Below, piece after piece: positions 1 through 11,642 of a DNA stretch of 64,000 nucleotides. The stretch spans positions 10,335,009-10,399,008 of the forward strand of contig MU058781.1 of NCBI GenBank assembly GCA_013265495.1, in the 5' to 3' direction. The translations under genes and the position numbers were made by a program. This stretch comes from Vicugna vicugna (lineage: Eukaryota). The number at the start of each line of letters is the position of its first letter. The first letter of the stretch is position 1. The notes below the pieces were generated by a model. It saw only the letters and a list, made by a program, of their open reading frames with translations, was not told the origin of the DNA and searched no databases.

Positions 1-364
1 TACACAGGCGTTGGAGATTGGTTAGATATAACAGGCAGAATTAAGGGAAGTGATTTTTAACTGTTACAATTTACCCATATTATCCCTAATACACCATTAG
101 AATTACACTGAAATCTTTCACTCACTTTTGCACACGATTGGACACAACTAAGTCCATCAACAGCAAAAATCAGCAATAAACACTCCTAATCCAGTCTGAG
201 GTACCAGCCATATAGAAAACATATATATACATACACACACATTCTCTCTTTTCAGTTTCTATTAGCTAACTCTAGTATGGTCTTTTTCATTTAATAAAGT
301 CTAAAGAATAAAATCCCATCAAGATCCAAGACAATGAAAATGTTTTATTTGTGAAAAGAAAAGG

Positions 365-600
365 ATTTCCATATCCAGTAACAGGTTAGTGTCTAAGTAG
401 CAATCTTCTACCGAAAGTAGCTAAAAATACTCAAAAAACATGTAAAGCGTTATCTTAAAAGTGTTGGTGACACGGCAAGTGATTAAGAAATACCCAAGTG
501 AGGGGGTGAGTAAATGTGGGACCACAAAGAGGTTAGCAGAGCACCAAAACCAGTTTCATCCAAGGGTGGTGTTCCAAATCTTTTTACTACTTTTTATAAA
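365..600 (+). mobile_element. Old L1M/HAL1 5'-region fragment (tentative)
   Basis: GGATTTCC...CTTCTACCGAAAGTAGCTAAAAATACTC...ATCTTAAAAGTGTTGGTGACACGGCAAG resembles ancient L1M 5' ends; highly diverged. Confidence 0.3.
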
Positions 601-1149
601 TCCCCTTTGATTGACTCTTGTGCCATTTCCAGGTTTTATCATCATTCTTAGTGAAGAGCAGCAAGAAAAAATGAGTCTACATATCCTGTCCAGACTGGAA
701 GTATCCTTATTATCTTACAAACTGTACAAATATGATTTACGTACCCTTTTGTTATTTAGATTTTTTAAATCTTTAAATTTTAAAATAAATTAGAATTTTA
801 AATATAAAATGCTGACTAGGTTTAATCTTTTTAGTCTGTCTGGTGCCCCCTTAAAACTTCCTCTTGGATATCTGCCTATTGGAATGCAAAAAAACAGTAT
901 GCAGATGAATAAAAGGATCTTTTTCTATTCTAACTGTCCATTTCTAACTGTAATAAATGACATCCAAGAATCATCATCAACAAACTGAACATCCACCATC
1001 GAAACTATTACTTCATCTGCACTTTATATGTAGTATATATTAGTTTATTCTATTGTATTTATTGTGTTCTAAATTTTATGATTTGGTTGGAAATACAGAG
1101 TGAAGCTTGTTTAAGGACCAGAAAATTCTAATTATTTTTCCTGACCACC

Positions 1150-1360
1150 TGATATGTATTTGTTGCCTTAAGTATATTATTCAACTTTATCAACATAACA
1201 CACCTACAATCATAGTATTATTATCTCTATTGCAAAGTGAAAAAATTGATGCTGTTTTCCCTGTAAATTGTCTATGATCATATAGCTGGCTATAAAAAGT
1301 GCCGAGACTGGGAAATGAACTCCTATCTCTTTCCAAAGTCAATATACTCTATACCATACT
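1150..1360 (-). mobile_element. MIR SINE
   Basis: Antisense MIR core: TATTATTATCTCTATTGCAAAGTGAAAAAATTGATGCT...GCCGAGACTGGGAAATGAACTCC...TCCAAAGTC. Confidence 0.7.
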
Positions 1361-2795
1361 ATTTTAATAAAAATTGACAATATCAAATTAATGCTATGTA
1401 AAAAGAAAATGTAAATGAGCTTGTCTAATTTCTCTCTTCTATTTTTCACAAATTCAAAACTAAAATTTCTATTTTTTAGCAGAAAGTAAAAAAAAAATTG
1501 AGAATGGAAAATCCTACAGAATCTAAGATCTAAGAAACCTTTCTCTCTTTTCCTTGGTTTATTTTATTTTTAAAATTCAACTGGAATCATACTCAAAATT
1601 TTAAAAAGTAGATACTTGCTTGAGGAACAAAAACATCCCACAAAATGTATGGAATCCCTTCCCCTGCTAACCTCACTATATTTAAGTAGATAGTAGGAAT
1701 GAGTTTCCCTATTTTGCTGGGTACTATTACTTTGAGCTTGATATAAAGATTTGGGGGAAGATAAGATTAATTGCATTCCTGGAAACATTAATGTGAGTAA
1801 CTATTTTGTCAGTGAGTTCATAGAATTTACATGTAGTTTTAATCTGGAGTATTTTTATCAAGTGTAAACATTTTTAAGTGCTTTATGAAAAGCTATTTAA
1901 TTCTGAGATAGACATTGAAGGCAACTTACTTTTTCATATTTTTTCAAGGTCCAAATGATGCTGCCCCTATGTAAAAAAAAAAAAATTCCCATTTTGTCAT
2001 CTCACAAATAGGCTTCCATTTAATGCCTAAGCTTTGGCTTGTTAAAGAGGATTCAAATACATTTTACTGGAACATACAAACATCTAAATAAAGCTGGATG
2101 CATTTTTCACTTGGAGAACAAAGGTTAAAAACCAGCCAACATTCTTCAGCTTTTATATCTAAAAAAGATCATTATTTCAGTCAAAGAAAGAACACCTTGT
2201 GAACAATTTTTAATTGAAAAAAATACCTGTTACATATTTTCAAATTCTTCCTTTAAAAATTGGACGTAACTGCTTCCGACATTAATATACTCAAATAAAT
2301 AAGTCTTGATCAGACATTTTGTAAATCCTTGAGTTGATGGTACCCAGCCAAATCTCAGATAGCATTCACCTTTCTTCTAAAAATGCTTGCATAACAATGC
2401 TTTCCTACTAAATATTTTCTTAACCTTTTTAATGTTTAAGAATTTTAGTTTACTTTTCTTTTTAAATTAGAATTAAACTGTAGGCTCTGGAGCAAATGCC
2501 TTTGTATCCTTGGTTCTTTGGCGATTTCTTTCCCTACGATCTGCTACACTAAGGACTGGACCAGTGGATTAATCTGCAAAAGTATTTCCTTCTTGGGTGT
2601 AAATTAAGTCTTTCAAGGAGAGGATGAAATCATTTACTGAGTTCTGAGTTGTAATCTCAAGTGATACATTATCATTGACTTGAATGTGAAACCATAAGTC
2701 AAGACAGTGGCTTATTTCTTAAGGATGGTGCAAACCACCTCTCATGAAGGGAAAACATCTGTCTATTTACTATGTTAAATACTATAAAAAAAAAA

Positions 2796-2820
2796 GTGTG
2801 TGTGTGTGTGTATATATATA
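2796..2820. repeat. (GT)n(AT)n microsatellite after an A-tract
   Basis: Directly visible GTGTGT...TATATA run. Confidence 0.9.
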
Positions 2821-3513
2821 TTTATTTAGCTCATTCCCAACTTCTGTTTATGCTCACTTAAAGATTTCTAAAACAATCCTTGAACTCAAAACTGCTCTGT
2901 TTTTGTTGAAAGAATATGCTTTGGGGGCAACACTTTCATACCTCCAAATAGCATTTCAAGAGGTTTGATGGCAATGAAGGGAATAACTTTATGAAATCAA
3001 AGTGATATAGACATTTTGGTTTTCCCTGCTGTGTACCATTCATAGATATGGAAATAATGTTATGCTGTGAATCTAGTTACTTATTTTTTTCACTGTGTAG
3101 TGTAATTAAAGATTTAATTATTCATTTCCATAAATGGCATTCTGATATGTGGCCTACTGCTTTGCATGAATATAACATTTTTCTCTGGCTCTTCCCAGAA
3201 ACTAGCTGGTTCTAGTTGACATTTTTAGTCTGCGGTAAATCTAGCATTCTCTGCATATATATTTTGACTTCAACAAGCATTATTAGGCACCCAGTGTTAG
3301 CCAGGGTACTGTTCTCAGAGCTCCCCCGATCACATCCAGTCACAAGAAACACAGTAAAAAGCCAGAGTTTGAACCAATAAAAGCAACCCAGCTGTATCCC
3401 TGTTCTGCTCCTGTAGCTAACAAATCCACAAACAGGAGGTCCCTCCGGAACTCCACATAAATAGAACACCGACTACGGTTTGTTTTCATCACAAACAAAT
3501 GAAGTCTCTCCCA

Positions 3514-3557
<44 letters not shown>

Positions 3558-3597
3558 TACTACTACTACTACTACTAGTACTACTACTACTACAACA
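3514..3597. repeat. Compound trinucleotide microsatellite (ATT)14 (ACT)7 AGT (ACT)4 (ACA)2
   Basis: Counted directly; produces the poly-N/poly-S stretch in the ORF at 3340-3618(-). Confidence 0.97.
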
Positions 3598-4239
3598 TCG
3601 TATTTGTTTTGAAAGCAATAAATAAATAAATACATATTTTTGGATCTTTTCCCTTATTAGTCATGCCAGCTAAAATCTGATCATTTTCTGGTGACAATTA
3701 TGAGTTAATAGCAACTAATGTAGAACAACATGTACAAAACCGGTGTTTGTTTTCCACAGAATGACATGAATATACCTATCTACTCTCGCTGTGAGCTTTA
3801 TTTCCAATTGTTTTATTTATTATCATTAAAAAGATGTAAAGATGCCCTCTATCATACTGTAAATTAAATATATCAGGCACATTCTAATAGCAGTCTTCAA
3901 GGATTTCCTCATTAAACAAATTCTACTGACATGTTTATGTTTGTTCTAATTAAACGCCATTATTAATGGGTTATAGCTTGCTTTAAAAACTTAAAAATGG
4001 CAAAAATTTCAGAAGTTTGGTTTTGTTTTAACCCAATGACATTTTGCCACATTATTTTTCCTTTAATTAAAGGGATGTTGCTCCCATTCCCTCTCCAGTT
4101 CAGTGATATTTTAACTATTAAAGATTAAAGTGAAAATGTTCAAATGTTGGACTGGAGCTATTATCTTGATGAGGCTAGCCTGGCATTTTTATCTTTTAAG
4201 TATCTAGCACTTAGACTTCAGTGAAGTCACACAAGTTTT

Positions 4240-4345
4240 TATGGAGATATTAGAAATCATGGATTGTTCTTATTATTTCCTGGGAGGTTAAGTCAGTACC
4301 TTGCATATAGTAAGCACCCTATAAACGACCACTGGATTAGTGAGT
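4240..4345 (+). mobile_element. L2 3' end fragment
   Basis: CAGTACCTTGCATATAGTAAGCACCCTATAAAC...GGATTAGTGAGT matches the L2/MIR shared 3' tail. Confidence 0.55.
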
Positions 4346-5014
4346 CATGATCATAGCCATTAAGACTATCAAACCTTTCCTACCCTTTGGTTGCCATCCA
4401 GCCTTCCATTAAATTACCGGAAATGGTGTATTTCTTCTGTGCTTGAAAATGCAACTGTCCTCACCTACATGGCTGTACTCAAGCAGATAGATCCATAACC
4501 CACTCACTCCTTAAATCCACTTTTAATTAACAGTTGTGAATATTTAATTTTCAGTGAAGTCTCAGCGATGCTCAAAGCACCCCTTCTTACTGAGAAACTC
4601 AGAGGGTGATAAGACTGCCATATCCCTTCAGTTGGAAATTAGTGCATTAGTTAGAGATGTTATTTAAATAAACAAAATCATTACACTGCACAGTACTGAA
4701 GAGTGTCAGCTATAGAATCCACGGTGGTTCATTTTCATAAATGTGCCCTTCTGATAAGATGCTGTGTTTCACACAGGGAGTCATGGAAAACTGTACCCCT
4801 GCAGTCAGGCTCCATTATCTTGCAGCAGGAGTACCCCCCCCGCCCAAGCACTTCATCTGTTTTGAAGATTGAAAAAGCCAGAACGTGGTGGATTTTCAAA
4901 AAGCCCATCTGCATGGTGTTTCGTTCTCAGGTGCTGGTCTCTCTAACACTCACGATAGCTAAAGGTCCGTGATGCGCTAGACACCACGGCTGGATTACTT
5001 GTGTTACCAGTAAT

Positions 5015-5130
5015 CCTCCAGTGACCCCACAGGTGGCTAGAACACGATCTGGAAATAGGATATGGATTCTGAAAGGATTTTAGCAAGTTGAATATTGACC
5101 AGCCATGACTTCAACGTTAAAATAACCCAA
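5015..5130 (+). mobile_element. CR1/L3 LINE fragment (tentative)
   Basis: AACACGATCTGGAAATAGGATATGGATTCTGAAAGGATTTTAGCAAGTTGAATATTGACC...ATGACTTCAAC resembles the CR1 RT segment following the DD motif. Confidence 0.35.
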
Positions 5131-5579
5131 ATTGATAGGGTCATTGTTGCTGTTGTATTTTGGGGTCACAATCTATTCCCTCTGTTTCACGTGCATGTCT
5201 GTACTGTACTGCCAGGCAAACACATGCAACTCTAGTAGAAACTAGTAATTTTAGATGTCATTAGATTGCACAGAATTAAAAATTTTTAAATGGTATGATT
5301 ATCACAACCTTTATTCCCATTCTCCATTTCAGATCCTTAAAACCTATTAAGAGAAGATATTTTTTTCAACTCCTTCACGGTCTATTACTATGAGGTCAGG
5401 AGAAGTCTAATTTTAAAGATTATGGGACTTTGGTTGGAAGAAATGTATTTGCAAAAATTTAGGCTCCTATCTTCAAAGAGTGTAGAAGGAAAAAGAGTGC
5501 TTGCTAGTACGCTGCGAAGTCACAGGGAGTGTTCCATGAAGAGATCTTGCTCTTGCCATCTTTGATAAAATTTCACTTT

Positions 5580-6625
5580 TTTGAAGTTAGTTTTTTTTAT
5601 ATAAATTATATACAATAAAATTCACCTTTTAGGTGCACATTTCTATGAATTTTGACGAATGCATACAGTCATATCACTATCATCACAATAAAAACATGGA
5701 TCATGTCCATCATATTAAATAGTTTCCTGATGCAACTTTATAATCAGTTTTCTCTTTCTACTCCTGACCCTGGCAACCAGTGGTCTACTTTGTGTCCCTA
5801 ATATTTTGCTATTACTAGAATACTACACAAAAAAGATTTATACAGTATTTAGTTTTGGGGGTCTGGCTTCTTTCACAAATCCTAGCTCATCTGAAATTCA
5901 TCAATCTCTTTGCATGCATGAACTTTGCTTTACTGCTGAGTAATATTTCATTATTTGAACGTAACATTATTTGTTGATCCATTCTACAAGTGATGGCCAT
6001 TTACTTCCAGCTTTTGATGATTATGAGTAAAGTTGCCATAAACATATGAATACAGGTTTTTGTGTGTATGTATATCCTCATTTCTTCTGGGTAAGTGGGA
6101 TTGCTGGGATGTACAGCGTGTGTTTAAGTTGGTAAGAAACTGCCAAACTGCTTTCCAAAGTGGTTGTGCCAGTTTTCATTTCCACCAGGAATTTATGAAG
6201 TTTCTGTTGTTCCATATTTTAGCAATACCTGATATTGCTACTTGTTTTTTTTTAACCATTTTTAGAGGCGAAGTGATATCAAAGTTTTAATTTGAATTTT
6301 TCTAATGACAAATGAGGTTGAGCATCTTTTGACAGGTTTTTAACTACTCACAGAGTCATCTTTGATGAAGCATTTGTTCAAGTCTTTTGTCTGTTTTAAA
6401 ATAGTGGTGGTTTATTTTCTTATTAATGAAATATGAATTAATTACTAAGAGTTCTTTATACAACTGGAAACCACTTAGTTATCATATATTTACCACACGA
6501 GTTTTGTAAAATTTTTTTGCCAGTTTGATTTTCTTTTCATTTTTAGCAAGCTTAGCAAGCTTCTCTAATTCCTATGTTCTGTCTCATAAAAGAGCTTTAA
6601 TCTTTGCCTAACCCAAGATCTCAAA
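5580..6625 (-). mobile_element. Old L1 (L1MB/MC/ME class) 3' UTR and ORF2 end
   Basis: T-rich start, then antisense L1 hallmarks: CCCTGGCAACCA, GTCTGGCTTCTTTCAC, AGAAACTGCCAAACTGCTTTCCAAAGTGGTTGT, AATGAGGTTGAGCATCTTTT. Confidence 0.9.
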
Positions 6626-6937
6626 GGGCTAGGAAAAGTTAACATTCGATGCTCTGAGGTTAGTTTGTAAGCCATGGTGATCGTGTGTGTACAGCAGGCT
6701 CTGGAATCTGGCCCATGTCACCTGTTAGACCAAGAGAGAACACGATTGAGCTGACCAGCCCACAGAGTCTGACTATGTAGGAGTAAACAGACACACAGTC
6801 ACAGTGTCCAAAAAGGCAGAGCAAGTTCCTATGTGACCCAGGTAATTGTCAACAACAAGGAATCAGAGGGCAGGTGGCTGGAAATGGAGTGAGGGCTTTG
6901 ATAATCAATGTAGTTGGAATGTCATTCCTCAGGAATT

Positions 6938-6951
6938 GTGCCCCCTGGTGT
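6938..6951 (-). promoter_or_regulatory. Candidate CTCF binding site
   Basis: Minus strand ACACCAGGGGGCAC; one deviation from the CCACCAGGGGGCRC core. Confidence 0.5.
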
Positions 6952-7117
6952 TGGAAGTAAAGTTGACATGACGGTTATTTCATTTTATAACATGACGATA
7001 CTCATTTCTGAGAGCAGATCCTAACTCTCTGTTGTGGGGAAGTTTCACTCCAGGAGTGTTGAGATGAAATACAAAAGCCTGTGATTCGTTCTTTATTACA
7101 AGATCACAGGTCTTAAA

Positions 7118-7302
7118 GAACTGTTTTTAAAGTGTGATTCCAGGGCCATCTGCATCAGAACCACATGGGAATTCATTGCATATGCAGATTCCCAGGCCCC
7201 ATCTCAGGCTTGTTGAATCAGAAGTATTTGGAGGATGGCCAGTAAGGCTCTGGACTTTTTATAAGCTTTCCAGGAGACGGCTAAAAAAAACTCCACTGAC
7301 TT
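7118..7302. mobile_element. MER5A-like hAT-Charlie MITE
   Basis: TTTTTAAAGTGTGATTCCAGGGCCATCTGCATCAGAACCACATGGGA...ATGCAGATTCCCAGGCCCCA...TGAATCAGAA...AAGCTTTCCAGGAGA...CCACTG. Confidence 0.8.
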
Positions 7303-9214
7303 AGGTATAACAAATATTAAACACCAAAGGATTGGAGTAAAGGGGAAATATGAGGAGAAGCAGCTGCATGTTTTTATACAGGTTCCTAATTTTGAATAGG
7401 TTGTCTCTGGAGCTGGCCCTACGTCTGATTCTAGAAGTAAGAAAAATCAGTAGTGTTTCTGCAGAGGCAGAAAATGGAAAGGGAGAGCTAATATTTTGAG
7501 TTCACATGTCAATTGGTGATATACTATATAATATGTAATATGTATTACAAAGAGGCATAATATAGGCAGAATAATTTGTACCAATAGAAGTTTCAGTTAA
7601 TTATGGAAATACATAAATATAAGCAGAACAGTATTTTAATTGGAAAATTTTGGTTTTTTGTTTGAATAAAACTCTTTCACCATTTGAAGTGGCAGCATCA
7701 TCTCTAACAATATATCTAAAATACATTAGGCATTTTATGTATAATACTTAATTGCAGTAATATGAAAATAAAAGTATTTTGGTACCTGAAATCTGGGAAG
7801 TCTTCTGAGTGTAGATGGCCATGTGCATTAATTCTTAATCAAAACTCCTAAAAACTATTTCTTGATTTTCTCTCTTACTTTGGGTATTACATGCTGCCTC
7901 TTTATCATAAATTGACCTCTCATTTCCTGATTCTACACATTTAAAATGAAACTGTATAATGCAAGTAAAAATTTAGCCTGTAAATGTGAATAAAAATATG
8001 AACAGAAATATGTTTTGTGAAATAGAACAGCGAGCTATTTTAAATCTGAGACATAAGGTCTCACCTAAAAATATCAGGTATAGGCCATTATTGTTTAAAT
8101 AGAAAACTGAAAAGAACCAGAGATAATTCTCTTTAAAGCACAAAGCCATCAGCCCAGAAAGACTCTGAATTCTGAGTTGCTTATGTCTATTTCACAAGTG
8201 AAAAAGAGACCTTTGCCCTTGTGGGCTGTTTGGTTTCTGCGTTCTACTCCCGTAACTTGCCCCAAATGAAAAACAGACTTTGGTTCTGTTCTAGCATTAT
8301 TTAAAAAAGAATAAGTCGTGTTACTGCAGCAAGTGAATCTGGTTTGGTTTGGTTTGGTTGCAGCATAAATTAACAAGGTGTCAAATGAACATCGTGACCC
8401 CATTTTTATCTCAAGCAGACTAAATTCATCACTGAGAACAGGGCCTCCTTCTGCAGTTCAGCGAAACTGTATCGTGGTGAATTCACAAGCTCAGCTGGTT
8501 CTGGGGGACAGAAAATCTCCTGTATCCTGACTATCATCTGGTAAGAACATTTCCACGCTTTGTGACTCACATGAGCCTTGATCTCACGGTGCTTTCACTC
8601 CCCACTAATCATAATCACAACCTCTGCATCCTCCGCCCAAGTGTGGAGAATCTACATGAAGAAAGTGCCCTTTCAGCTGTAGTTTTTCCCCACATAGCAC
8701 TACCCTGATTTTGGAAAGAGCTCAACTCTTCACCTCCCCTGGGTACATAGAACAGCAGAAGAGTGAAAACTGCCAAAATGCTAATCATGGAAAAAAAATA
8801 AAACAAGATCCAGATGGGGCAAAATGGACATATTTCATTTATCCTGGGAAACTCTACAGTATATCATTTGTGATGCACAATACACCCAGCCTCGGCCCTT
8901 TATAAACAAATAGTACGGCAGCATATGCCACGAGATTATAAACAAGAGTTGTCCATAAATTTGACGGGACCATACACTCAGTGATGCACACACGGCTATG
9001 GCTTATTCAGCGGTATCCGGGGGCTACAGTCTGTTCTCTTGGCTGCTAATCAACTCTGTAATCTCAGCTCACCCAACGGGGCAGAATCCCAGTGGACCAA
9101 TTCACCCTAATGAAACTCAGAGGCATTTCACACCAAAGAAACCATGGCTCACTTTGACTTGGCCCACGCTTGCCCTGGGAAACCATGTTTGAGGCAGTCT
9201 GGTTCTAAAGAGCT

Positions 9215-9412
9215 AGAAAAGCTCTTCTCAAACTTTAGTGGGAAAAAGTAGGCAGTTTAAAAAAGCAAAGATTCCAAGGGTCCCCCTCCCAATTCTCAAG
9301 CTCAGCCCATCTCTATTGATTCAGGAGATTTTTGACTAGGGCTCCGCATTCACCTTTTAACAAGTTCTTCAAGGGCAAGAGCTCCAGAAGACACCTTCAG
9401 TGAAACACTGAA
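9215..9412. mobile_element. MER5-family hAT-Charlie MITE, degraded
   Basis: TTCTCAAACTTTAGTG...AAAGATTCC...TGATTCAG...TTTTAACAAG...GAAACACTG. Confidence 0.55.
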
Positions 9413-10259
9413 CAAGTAAATGATTAGGTACCTGCATTTCTGAGCATAAACAAGTCACTCTTTCAACCTTATTCAGGAAGGAAACTGTCCCCCATTCCAG
9501 AGGAGTTTAATACAAGTGTGATAGACTGTAACTAACTGCTTCGACTGGAACACCCCCAGTAATGTACTGCAAACCATTATACGCCTTAAAAAAACACTAG
9601 GCATGAAAGGGATTTTCAGTGACCAATTTCTTACACTTCATGTGCCCGCTTCACCTTGGCACCCCTGACCTGTAGCTTCCATGCAGATGAGTTGTATGTA
9701 GGTTAATATCCAGGATCACTCTCTCTGTTCTGACTGATTTAAGAAGCAGCAAAACAGCAGGACCATGAGGGAGCCAGACCCAGGGTAAGTTAGTTGGATA
9801 CCTGACTTTATGCAAATTACCTCAACATTCTCTTCCAGATCACTCATTTTAAAACTCAAGGTCTATGTAAAGTTGTTTGCATGTTGGAGCACAAGGTGGG
9901 GGAAATAAGAGGCTTCTGGAAATCCACCAGGCTAGATCAGTGAGTCTGTGGTCCTTGCTGGCAAAGAACACAGAAGGGCAGGAAGTACCCGGGGGAGGGT
10001 GCATACTCCCTTGCTCCTTCCCAAGGAAAGTCAAAACTGATGCACCCATGGAAGCAAAGAAAAGACAGAAGCAAAGGAATGCCCTGTATTTTTACACAGT
10101 TTATGTTTTGATCGTGGCTTTATTCTTCAATAACTTTTGGGTTAATTTTTTAGTTAAAAACTGTTCCTTTTCATGTAATGTCCCTCTAATGTACCTGGCA
10201 TGTATTGTTTTGAGTAGCAGACATTGCCTACTTAGTGGTCTTCTGTCTCCTTTACTCTT

Positions 10260-10730
10260 TTTTAATTTTAATTGAAATATAGTTGATTTATAATGTTTCA
10301 GGGAATAGCAAAGTAATTCAGTTATACACATGTATACACACACATATATTTTTTCAGATCCTTTCCCATTATAGGTTATTACCAGATATTAAATACAGTT
10401 CCTTGTGCTATACAGTAGGTCCTTGTTGTTTATCTATTTTATATAGCATAGTGTGTATCTGCTTTTCTTAAATTCCTAATTTGTCCCTATCCCCTACAGT
10501 CCCCTTTGGTAACCATGTTTGTTTTCTGTGTCTGTGTGTCTATTTCTGTTTTGTAAATAAGTTCCTTTCTATCATGTTTTTTAGATTCCACATATAAGTG
10601 ATATATGATATTTGTCTTTCTCTGTCTGACTTACTTCACCTAGAATGATAATCTCTAAGTCTATCCATGTTGCTACAAATAGTGTTATTTCATTCTTTTT
10701 TATGGCTGAGTAGTATCCATATATATATGG

Positions 10731-10770
<40 letters not shown>

Positions 10771-11010
10771 CAAAATTTCTTTATCCATTCATCTCTCAAT
10801 GGACATTTAGGTTGTTTCCACATCTTGGCTATTGTAAGTAGTGCTGTTATGAACACTGGGGTGTAGAAGTCTTTTCAAATTAAGAGTTTTTGTCTTTTCC
10901 AGATACATGCCCAGAAGTGGGATTACTGGATCATATGGTAACTCTACTTCTAGTTTTCTAAGAAACTTTCATGCTTTTCTCCATAGTGGCTGCACCAATG
11001 TACATTCTCA
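10260..11010 (-). mobile_element. 5'-truncated artiodactyl-type L1 (about 750 bp) with target-site duplication
   Basis: TTGAAATATAGTTGATTTATAATG...GTGCTATACAGTAGGTCCTTGTTG 3' UTR; ORF 10581-10856(-) gives the L1 ORF2 C-terminus (MFITALLTIAKMWKQPKCP..DEWIKK..YYSAIKKNEI); TSD CTTTACTCTT at 10250-10259 and 11016-11025; internal (CA)n near 10733-10770. Confidence 0.95.
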
Positions 11011-11280
11011 ATCCTCTTTACTCTTCAGTCTTCAATCCTATAGACTTGCCTTAATAGTGATTATGGGGAAGACACCCTGGGTGCCTTTGTCTGTGCTTGT
11101 CTATGTCCACACAAAACTGTCTGAAGCCACGGCAAATAGAGCATGGTAGTCACAGAGCATCATAGGGTGTCCCTTTAAATTTCCCCTGCTTTAGCTTTTT
11201 GTTTTTCCTGAAAATGTCCTATCAACTATTATCATGGCATATCACAGGAAAACCTAAATCTTAATAAATCTGTCCAGATA

Positions 11281-11642
11281 TGCAATGGACTGAATGTTTG
11301 TGTCCCCTCAAAATTCATATATTATAGCCCTAATCCTAATGTGATGGTATTTGGAGATGGGGCTTTGGGGAGGTGATTAGATCATGAGAGTGGAGCTTTA
11401 AGAATGGTATTAATGTGTTTTTTAAAGATGAGGCCAGAAAGCTTGCTAGCTCTCTTTTAACTATGTGAGGAAACCAGAAGTCAGTAGTCTGCAACCCGGA
11501 AGAGGGCTCTCACTGGAAACTAATCATGCTGGCACCCTGATCTCAGTCTTCTAGATTCCAGAGAAATTATTTTTTTAATGTTTATAAGCCACCTAATCTA
11601 TGGTACTTTATTACAGCATCCCAAACACCCCAAACTAAGACA
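11281..11642 (+). mobile_element. MaLR solo LTR (MLT1A-like)
   Basis: Starts TGCAATGGACTGAATGTTTGTGTCCCC, contains TTTATAAGCCACC, ends ACTAAGACA; TG...CA termini. Confidence 0.9.

Noticed and set aside
3340..3618. ORF with poly-Ser/poly-Asn
   Set aside because: It is the translation of the (ATT)n(ACT)n microsatellite, with no other coding evidence
9877..10275. 132-aa ORF with a hydrophobic C-terminus resembling a membrane protein
   Set aside because: It has a non-ATG start, the hydrophobicity comes from T-rich sequence running into an L1 poly(T), and no family is recognisable
10581..10856. ORF with recognisable protein similarity
   Set aside because: It is the L1 ORF2 C-terminal remnant, not a host gene
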